Source of the DNA: Myxococcota bacterium
GTDB taxonomy: Bacteria > Myxococcota > UBA4151
Assembly: GCA_040260805.1 (NCBI GenBank)
Contig: JBDQPD010000108.1
Span: 1-11,958 of the forward strand
Direction of reading: 5' to 3'
Length of the DNA: 11,958 bases
This document shows positions 1 through 6,237 of this stretch, in pieces. Each line of letters starts with the position of its first letter. The stretch's first letter is position 1. Made by a program: the position numbers and the translations under genes. Under the pieces are notes generated by a model that was not told the origin of the DNA, searched no databases, and saw only the letters and a program-made list of their open reading frames with translations.

Positions 1-239
1 ATCGGTCGAGCCCTTAGAGCTCGGTGCATCGCATCCAAACCCTGAACCTGTGCGCCGACGAGCCGAACACCCTGAGCTCGCAATGCTAAGCCCATACCCG
101 ATGTCGTGGTCGTACCCATTGGCGGCGGGGGGCTCGCATCGGGTATGGGCTTAGCATTGCGAGCTCAGGGTGTTCGGCTCGTCGGCGCACAGGTTCAGGG
201 TTTGGATGCGATGCACCGAGCTCTAAGGGCTCGACCGAT
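1..239. repeat. Perfect 103-bp inverted repeat (arms 1-103 and 137-239, 33-nt spacer)
   Basis: Bases 1-103 (ATCGGTCGAGCCCTTAG...CCCATACCCGATG) are the exact reverse complement of 137-239 (CATCGGGTATGGG...CTAAGGGCTCGACCGAT). The left arm runs to the window edge. Confidence 0.97.
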
Positions 240-585
240 GCTCGCACGACCCGGAAGCTCGATCGCCGACGGCCTTCGGGTTCGACGGGTCGGCCGCAGG
301 ACCCAACAGATTTGCCGCCAAGAGCTCGAGACCATCGTCGAGGTCTCGGAGCAGGAAGTACGCTCGACCATGGCGTCCCTAGCGGTCGAGCAAGGTCTGA
401 TCGTCGAAGGCGCTGGAGCGGTGGCTGTGGCTGCGCTCAAGCAGGTCTCAGGGCGCTCGAAGGTCGCCTTGGTTACAGGGGGTAACATCGACTCGATGGT
501 GATGCGCAGCGTGCTCGCCGGTCCCCTGGCGTCAGCTGCTCATCTCAGCGATGGTGACAACGTCAGCCGGCGGCAGGTCGGCTAG
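97..585 (+). CDS. PLP-dependent threonine/serine dehydratase (fold type II), C-terminal half only; no ACT domain
   Basis: Motifs PDVVVVPIGGGGLASG (PLP phosphate loop), SIADGL, VEGAGAVAVAAL and VTGGNID. The frame upstream of ~97 is inverted-repeat sequence with a TGA at 73-75, so the N-terminal half with the PLP lysine is missing. The 3' end overlaps the convergent gene by 23 nt. Confidence 0.88.
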   Translation, partial: PDVVVVPIGGGGLASGMGLALRAQGVRLVGAQVQGLDAMHRALRARPMLARPGSSIADGLRVRRVGRRTQQICRQELETIVEVSEQEVRSTMASLAVEQGLIVEGAGAVAVAALKQVSGRSKVALVTGGNIDSMVMRSVLAGPLASAAHLSDGDNVSRRQVG

Positions 586-1384
586 CTCGGGGTTGATCCA
601 GCAGGCTCGGGTCTTCTAGGACTCGGCGAATAGTTTGAGCAAAGCGCCCCGCTGCGAAGCCGTCGACGAAGCGATGATCGATCGTCGCGGTCAGCGTGAG
701 CATGGGACGAACCACAGCCTCACCCTCCACAGCGACCACTTGATCACGAATTTGGCAGATACTCACCAGCATCGGCGTGCGCGCCCATGGGGTGTGAGGC
801 GCGTAGCCGACCTCAATCCCAAACATGCCGACCGAGGTGATGCAGCAGGCGCCAAAGGGGAAGGGCTCAACACCTAGGGCTTTGATCCGAGCCCCGAGTG
901 ATCCAGCCAGCCAGCCGGTGACCTGCACCAAGGGGCGGATAACCCAAGAGGGCAAGAGCTTGAGCAGCGGTTTGGATTTGTTGAAGGCCTCATCTTTGCC
1001 TGCGCGCAGCTTGGCGGCCTCATCGGCTAGCTGTTGGGCGATTTCGGTTACCGATTTTTGATCGGCATGCTCGACCTTGACCTTCGCCAAGTCGCCGCCT
1101 TCTTCGAGCGCGACCAGGTAGGCAAACGCGACTTGGTCGTGAGCGATGAATTTACCCAAATGTATTCTTCCATTCAGTCCGGGCGCTTCGCTCAAGCCTA
1201 AGGCGACCGCTTTGCCCACCAAATGGGTGATCGATATTTTGAGACCGCTCTCGGCACGCAGGGTCTCGATGTGCGCAAGGGCAGCCGTCATATCGATGCC
1301 CATTTGACCATAGATAACGCCCTCTTTGGGGGCGGACCAAGAGGCGATTGCGAGCTTGCGGCGAGTGGGATTTGGAGTCGTCAT
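563..1384 (-). CDS. 2-oxoacid dehydrogenase E2-type acyltransferase, catalytic domain only (273 aa)
   Basis: Catalytic DHRFVDG motif (659-679), plus ITSVGMFG, ADQKSVTEIA and an N-terminal RRKLAIA helix. The ORF-track start at 1549 runs through the tRNA, so ATG 1384 (MTTPNPTRRK) is preferred. No lipoyl or E3-binding domain, and no clear SD. Confidence 0.88.
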   Translation of the reverse strand: MTTPNPTRRKLAIASWSAPKEGVIYGQMGIDMTAALAHIETLRAESGLKISITHLVGKAVALGLSEAPGLNGRIHLGKFIAHDQVAFAYLVALEEGGDLAKVKVEHADQKSVTEIAQQLADEAAKLRAGKDEAFNKSKPLLKLLPSWVIRPLVQVTGWLAGSLGARIKALGVEPFPFGACCITSVGMFGIEVGYAPHTPWARTPMLVSICQIRDQVVAVEGEAVVRPMLTLTATIDHRFVDGFAAGRFAQTIRRVLEDPSLLDQPRASRPAAG

Positions 1385-1435
1385 ACGGTACGCTGGTTCA
1401 CAGCGTCTCGACTGTCTAGGTGACACGTCGGTCTC

Positions 1436-1466
1436 AAGAAACAAAAAGCCGCCCAGTTGGGCGGCT
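1436..1466 (-). terminator. Intrinsic terminator after tRNA-Val
   Basis: Minus strand AGCCGCCC-AACT-GGGCGGCT followed by TTTTGTTTCTT, 4 nt after the tRNA CCA. Confidence 0.88.
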
Positions 1467-1470
1467 CTCT

Positions 1471-1545
1471 TGGTTGGCGCGGGCGGTTTCGAACCGCCGA
1501 CCCCTACGATGTCAACGTAGTGCTCTACCACTGAGCTACGCGCCA
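1471..1545 (-). tRNA. tRNA-Val(GAC), 75 nt, CCA encoded
   Basis: Cloverleaf folded by hand: acceptor TGGCGCG/CGCGCCA, D arm GCTC-AGTGGTA-GAGC, anticodon arm CTACG-TTGACAT-CGTAG, T arm GGCGG-TTCGAAA-CCGCC, discriminator A, then CCA. Confidence 0.98.
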
Positions 1546-1565
1546 ACACACCGAAGGTGAGCGGG

Positions 1566-1594
1566 CACCTACGGTCGTGCGATCAGCTTGTCAA
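1566..1594 (-). promoter_or_regulatory. Putative sigma70 promoter of tRNA-Val
   Basis: Perfect TTGACA (1594-1589), 17-bp spacer and an imperfect -10 TAGGTG (1571-1566), 20 nt upstream of the tRNA. Confidence 0.6.
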
Positions 1595-1607
1595 CGTCCT
1601 TCGTCAC

Positions 1608-3809
1608 TCAAGGTAGCCAGCGCTCCATCCCGCGCAGCGCATCAAGGACCATTTCCATGATCGCTGGCCCCGTCGAGTTGGTCTCTTCATAGTGGTCGCC
1701 CGGTGGCTCCTCAAAGTAGGGCACCCCTTCATCCACTTTGAAGTCATAGCTCGGTACCAAATACCCCAGCTCATCATTACCTAAGCCTACGATCATCGTA
1801 TGCCTGGCTCCGTAGGTCAGCTCTCTGAGGTACGGTCCGGCTGGGCCCGCTGCAATGTTCGGCGGGTTGGGGTTGTCCTCCGAGACGATCGGCGTGCCCT
1901 CAGGCGTGTAGGGGTAGGGTGCTTTGAGCGCATCCACAACGGCGACCTCGGGGAAGATCTCGCCAGGCACTGAGATCATCGCAAGCGGTCCGATCGTGAT
2001 ACGATTCACCTCGGTTCGCGCATGCGGTAAATTCATAGGCGTCTGATCATCACCGGCTGTGATCAAGGCGTCTGGATCGTAGCGATGAACTAATCGGTCG
2101 AACAAACCAAAGAGCAGCGCCACGTGGAACTGCGTGTTGTAGATCGGCACATCCATTTGCTTACTGCGTACGGTCAAAGTGCCTGATTCAACGACCTCTG
2201 CGGCATCGCTAGCCAAGGCTTCTAGCCCGATTTTCGCCAGTTTATGCCCCATGATTTTCGCCGATTCGAACGAGCGTCGCTTGGTGACTTGTCCTTCGAA
2301 ATCAGTGATATCGAGGCGCAGCGGCGTCATCAGCCCGCCGACGGTGCCCTGCAGATAAATCGCAACCCCGCCAAGGCCCGCGAGGGTCGGTCGACCGTTG
2401 CTCCCGTCGAGTCCGTTCTCCAAGCCCAGTCTAAGGTCATGGGCAAAGTCTGACGAGATCAGGTTGTTGACGTCAGCTAAAACTTCGGGGTGATTACCCC
2501 AATTAAAGATGGTGGCGATCGTCTGTTCGTTGTTTGAATTGATCGCCTGAAGCAGGGTCGCGGTGTCGTCGATGACCTGAGGGTCGCGGCTGTCGCGTAT
2601 GAGCTCTTCAGTGCCCGTTCGGACCGTGACCATTTTGAGCTTTGCGGGCGCCAGACTGGACATCGCCTCTCGTATCGCTTCCGCGGTTTGAGTTCGGATC
2701 AACGCGATGTGTTTGGGGTTCACTCCGCTGACGCGGGGCAGGACGTCATTGACGTTGGTAATCGGACCCCATTGGCCCATCGAGTCTGGCGCCTCATGCA
2801 CGTGCGTCGCCGAGATCAAAATATGATCCGGAGCGTTGGCGCCCATTTGCGCTCGTACGATCGCTCGAACACGCTCGACATCATCCCAAAAGAAGCCGAC
2901 CAGATCGAGCGAGCACACGACCACCGAGGTGTCGCCTCGCTCAGCCGCCATGCAGCGTGCCCAGATCGGATCATGAACCCCAAGACTGGGAATGTTTGAG
3001 CCAAAGCCAGCCTGCCACAGACCATCGTATTGGCCGTTGCCTTCACCTTCGTCGGGGCCTGGATAAGCGCCATCATCGATGACGCCGTCAAAGTCATCGT
3101 CGAGTCCATTCGTCGCCAACTCGCCTTGCTCGGGGACGTTGCCCGGGCAGAGTCGGTCGACCCCGCAATCAAAGAACCAGTCGGGCTGACCATCGTTCTC
3201 GCCAGAATCGGCTTGGCGCCATCCGCTGTCGCCTTCACAAAGACCATCTAAGCCGCAGTCGGTTCCCGGGAAGTCGTTGAAGCGCTCCCGCATCTCTCCA
3301 CACCGAGGCTGTCGCGTGATCCCGGTCCATACGTCAGCCGCATCGGGTGCTGGGACCTCGAGCGTGTGCTCGTGCTCTGCGGCTTGCGCCAGCGCCACGC
3401 TGACCGCGCCATCGTTCCAGGTCAGCGTCAGCTCATGCTGGTGACCAATTGTCGCCTGAGTTTGGACCGTTAGGGTGCCTTCGTTACGGAGCGTCTCTTG
3501 CTGCTCGACGCTGAGGACCAGTTGGTGCTGGTGACCGCTGCCAAGTAGGGGTGCTCCTGAGTCACAAACTGCTGGGTTGCGCGCATCGAGATAGGCGGTG
3601 TTGACCAGCTCATACTCGGTCGGAACGAGCGAGCGTTTGGCTGCGCCGATCCGCAGAGTGCCTGGTGTTCCGCCTTCTTCACAGTTTGGTCCCGGGCACG
3701 AGAAGTCCGGCGCCACGACGCCCAAAGGGCTCGGGCCGGCGTCTTGAGCCAGCGGCACCGGCTTGGTGCAAGCGCCCGCAAGAACAAGCAATGCAGCACA
3801 GCGTAGCAT
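1608..3809 (-). CDS. Lipoprotein with neutral/alkaline non-lysosomal ceramidase-like metallo-amidase domain and a large N-proximal insert (733 aa)
   Basis: Lipobox LVLAGA-C14. Family motifs occur in the expected order: LRIGAAKRSLVP, AGFG..GVHDPIWAR, SLDLVG, ISATHVHEAPD, FNWGNHPE, ISSDF, LQGTVGG, PGEIFPE, GLGNDELGY, HYEETNS. The start overlaps the upstream stop (TGATG). The substrate is unknown. Confidence 0.8.
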   Translation of the reverse strand: MLRCAALLVLAGACTKPVPLAQDAGPSPLGVVAPDFSCPGPNCEEGGTPGTLRIGAAKRSLVPTEYELVNTAYLDARNPAVCDSGAPLLGSGHQHQLVLSVEQQETLRNEGTLTVQTQATIGHQHELTLTWNDGAVSVALAQAAEHEHTLEVPAPDAADVWTGITRQPRCGEMRERFNDFPGTDCGLDGLCEGDSGWRQADSGENDGQPDWFFDCGVDRLCPGNVPEQGELATNGLDDDFDGVIDDGAYPGPDEGEGNGQYDGLWQAGFGSNIPSLGVHDPIWARCMAAERGDTSVVVCSLDLVGFFWDDVERVRAIVRAQMGANAPDHILISATHVHEAPDSMGQWGPITNVNDVLPRVSGVNPKHIALIRTQTAEAIREAMSSLAPAKLKMVTVRTGTEELIRDSRDPQVIDDTATLLQAINSNNEQTIATIFNWGNHPEVLADVNNLISSDFAHDLRLGLENGLDGSNGRPTLAGLGGVAIYLQGTVGGLMTPLRLDITDFEGQVTKRRSFESAKIMGHKLAKIGLEALASDAAEVVESGTLTVRSKQMDVPIYNTQFHVALLFGLFDRLVHRYDPDALITAGDDQTPMNLPHARTEVNRITIGPLAMISVPGEIFPEVAVVDALKAPYPYTPEGTPIVSEDNPNPPNIAAGPAGPYLRELTYGARHTMIVGLGNDELGYLVPSYDFKVDEGVPYFEEPPGDHYEETNSTGPAIMEMVLDALRGMERWLP

Positions 3810-5023
3810 CAGGGCATCAACCCGTAACGCATCGACAGAATGGTCACCGAGTCCGCATAGACCCGCACGCGCCGTCCGCCGATCAGTTTAAGCGTCGAGC
3901 GCTCACCAGAGCGTTCGGTCACAAGCTCAGCTTCTTCGACGCCCCCGCACTGGCAGTCTTCCTGATGCGCCTCATCACAGATCTCGTTGTGAACGAAAGC
4001 AGCCACGAGCGCTTCTCCCGGCGGGTGATTGAGCAGGACGTAGGTAGCATCACCTTCGGTAGCGCGCTTGCGCGGGCTCGGATATTCTCCCTGAAAGTAA
4101 CCCGTACGAGTCCGAATATTGGCACCACTCGAGGCGATTGCGGCACCTGAGATCGCCGTATCATTGCAGTCTGAGATGCCGCCAGCGACGGCACCATTCC
4201 CTTCGCCATCGAGGAGATCGGCGTCACCATCGATGCGACCCACGCCAGAGACGATCGGGATCGTCGTGTAGGAGTTCTCGGTGATCGCAACCGCCGTGAG
4301 CATCGAGGTGGTCGCTGGAACGCAGACGCCACGATGGCAGGTGCCTTCGCCGCAATCTTCAGCGCACTCGCCGCGAACTTCGACGCGCTTGAGGGTGACC
4401 CCATAAACCCAGGTGTCGACGAAGCGCATGCGCAGCCGGTCATTCAGGTCACGGTTACCATCGCCGTTGACGTCACCCACGCGAACGCGAGCGACGATTG
4501 GGACTCCGCCGGGCGATTGGGGGAGGTGAACCATCCCTCGATTCTCGCATAGCTCATCGCAAAGGGCGCGAACCTTAGCGGTCATCACTTCATCATCGGC
4601 TTCGATAGTGTCGCAACCGGCGACAACGCCTTCACTCGTCGGTTCGGTGCCTGAGCGGTCGCTGCCGTCGTCTGCCCACACGGCAACTTCGAGCCCCACG
4701 ACCGTTTCACCTGGACCGAAGATGTCAACGCAAGCCCAAGCATCCAAGGGTTCGGATGTGATCGACTCTTCGTCGTTTAGACAGCCCAGATCGGGTAGCT
4801 CTGTCGTATCGCCCTGCCCCGGAACCACCGGCCCGAGATCGTCGACAGGCCAGACCAAGTCGATGGATTCGCCAGCCACTGAGACCGTGGTGGTGTGGTC
4901 ACGCTTCAGACACTCGGCGATGACTGGCGCATTTGCGCCCGCATCCGTGCTGGTATTTCCGCCACCGTCGTCCGCCGGGCAACCGGCGATCAAAAGGGGG
5001 GTGATCAGGATAAGTTTGCGCAT
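3809..5023 (-). CDS. Cys-containing lipoprotein (404 aa), with a probable carboxypeptidase-regulatory-like beta-sandwich at the C-terminus
   Basis: GGAGG SD 8 nt before ATG 5023. Signal MRKLILITPLLIAG-C. GDVNGDGNRDLND Ca-loop-like motif at 4439-4477. C-terminal pattern GAVAGGISDCNDTAISGAAI...ATEGDATYVLLNHPPG. Confidence 0.82.
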   Translation of the reverse strand: MRKLILITPLLIAGCPADDGGGNTSTDAGANAPVIAECLKRDHTTTVSVAGESIDLVWPVDDLGPVVPGQGDTTELPDLGCLNDEESITSEPLDAWACVDIFGPGETVVGLEVAVWADDGSDRSGTEPTSEGVVAGCDTIEADDEVMTAKVRALCDELCENRGMVHLPQSPGGVPIVARVRVGDVNGDGNRDLNDRLRMRFVDTWVYGVTLKRVEVRGECAEDCGEGTCHRGVCVPATTSMLTAVAITENSYTTIPIVSGVGRIDGDADLLDGEGNGAVAGGISDCNDTAISGAAIASSGANIRTRTGYFQGEYPSPRKRATEGDATYVLLNHPPGEALVAAFVHNEICDEAHQEDCQCGGVEEAELVTERSGERSTLKLIGGRRVRVYADSVTILSMRYGLMP

Positions 5024-5088
5024 GGCTGACGCCTCCAAGGTCATATTCGGCGCCCTCATTGGAATGCGAAACGGCGCGGGTCAACCGA

Positions 5089-5703
5089 TCAACGACCGAG
5101 GCATGACGCATCGCCAAGTAAGCAGCGTTTGATCTGACTACGTTCTGTGGCGGGAGTGACCTGGCGTAAGTTGTGCTTGAGCGATTCGGCGATTTTTCTG
5201 CCGAGACGCTTCTTGGATAAGCGAAAAGCGACCTTGCTGCGCAGTTTGCTCTGCTTGGGATCGAGCATCAGCGCGTTAAGGTCCCGCGCCGCGTAGCGAT
5301 CAAAGGGGGGGCGATCTAAGCTCCTCAAGAGCGTTTTTTGCGGCTTGGCTTTGAGCCTGTTGATCCACGCCTTCCAGACCAAAGGCGGGTGCATGGTCCA
5401 GTCGCTGGCTTCGAGCTCAATCCATTCTCGAGTCTGCTCCTGAAGCACCCACTCGCCTCGGCGTTGACGAAAAGTCGCTAAACCATAGCGCGCTTTGGAA
5501 GAGGGCCTGTGGCCGGGGAGGAGTTTTGCTTGGGTCAATATTGGCCCGCTCAGCCCGGCGATCGTTCGAAAAGTCACTGAGGACTTATTGATGCTCGTCA
5601 ACTCGATGATCGAGATCGCCTGTGCGCGCTCGACGCGTCGAGTCAAGGGACGAAAGGGTGGGAGCACATGCAAGAACAACGTGACCGCAGCGGCGCTGAT
5701 CAT
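5089..5703 (-). CDS. Hypothetical basic (K/R-rich) protein, 204 aa, hydrophobic N-terminus
   Basis: Fills the gap between co-oriented genes and has an ATGA overlap with the upstream stop (5700-5703). No family recognised. Confidence 0.65.
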   Translation of the reverse strand: MISAAAVTLFLHVLPPFRPLTRRVERAQAISIIELTSINKSSVTFRTIAGLSGPILTQAKLLPGHRPSSKARYGLATFRQRRGEWVLQEQTREWIELEASDWTMHPPLVWKAWINRLKAKPQKTLLRSLDRPPFDRYAARDLNALMLDPKQSKLRSKVAFRLSKKRLGRKIAESLKHNLRQVTPATERSQIKRCLLGDASCLGR

Positions 5704-6035
5704 GAGCTCGTTTCTTTAGGCTCGCCGACCTTGATCGACAAACGCCGAGCGGGTTTGCTCAGGTCACCTAGAGTGCGCAGGTCCTCAAGCATTTGTGTTT
5801 CAAAAGCCTTCACTCGACGAACCCAGCTGCCGTCACGGACGCGGAGGTAAACGACCCCAGCCCGCAAGCCGAGGAAATGGACCTGTCCGGCAAAACGCCC
5901 GGAGTAGAGTTCATCAAATATTCGTCGTCCGCGTGCCTGATCCTCATACTCTTCCATGCCCAAACCTTTGAGCAGAGCGCGCGCTGCCTTACCTAGGGGT
6001 TGCGCACCTGCGCGGTAGCCTTTGCGTTGTCCCAA
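5700..6035 (-). CDS. DciA/DUF721-family protein (putative replicative helicase-operating protein), divergent, 111 aa
   Basis: The pattern QPLGKAARALLKGLG...IFDELYSGRFAGQVHFLGLRAGVVYLRVRDGSWVRRV...QMLEDL matches the DUF721 layout, with the usual first Trp replaced by Phe. TTG start with GGAGG 10 nt upstream. Confidence 0.68.
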   Translation of the reverse strand: MGQRKGYRAGAQPLGKAARALLKGLGMEEYEDQARGRRIFDELYSGRFAGQVHFLGLRAGVVYLRVRDGSWVRRVKAFETQMLEDLRTLGDLSKPARRLSIKVGEPKETSS

Positions 6036-6058
6036 AGCTTCTTCGCCTCCCGAAATCG

Positions 6059-6087
6059 AGTCTAAGGCCTAAGAACTCGGGGTACAA
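6059..6087 (-). promoter_or_regulatory. Putative sigma70 promoter for the dciA-like operon
   Basis: Minus strand TTGTAC (6087-6082), N17, TAGACT (6064-6059), placed just upstream of the GGAGG SD. Confidence 0.6.
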
Positions 6088-6101
6088 GCGCTCGAAGGCG
6101 T

Positions 6102-6130
6102 TTGACACCGTGTTAGGGTATGGCTAAACC
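6102..6130 (+). promoter_or_regulatory. Putative sigma70 promoter for the 773-aa lipoprotein
   Basis: TTGACA (6102-6107), N17, TAAACC (6125-6130). Confidence 0.6.
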
Positions 6131-6237
6131 CCCGCCGTTATGGTGGAACTAGAGCCCGTCTACGACAATCCTCGTAGGCGCCGCTGTGAAACTAAGCGTT
6201 ATAGAACCCGTCATCAGAAGGTTGGAGAGAGTTTCCG

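Noticed and set aside
1..239. Inverted repeat as transposon ends, MITE or hairpin telomere
   Set aside because: The arms are ordinary dehydratase coding sequence, no transposase or protelomerase is present, and the left arm ends at the sequence edge.
1436..1545. tRNA as an integration site or genomic island boundary
   Set aside because: No integrase and no duplicated tRNA 3' end were seen, and the terminator follows directly.
1385..1549. 55-aa N-terminal extension of the E2 ORF in the ORF track
   Set aside because: It is a translation of the tRNA-Val and its terminator; family similarity starts after Met at 1384.
5024..5059. Upstream start at 5059 for the partner lipoprotein
   Set aside because: ATG 5023 has a well-spaced GGAGG and gives a canonical lipoprotein signal peptide.
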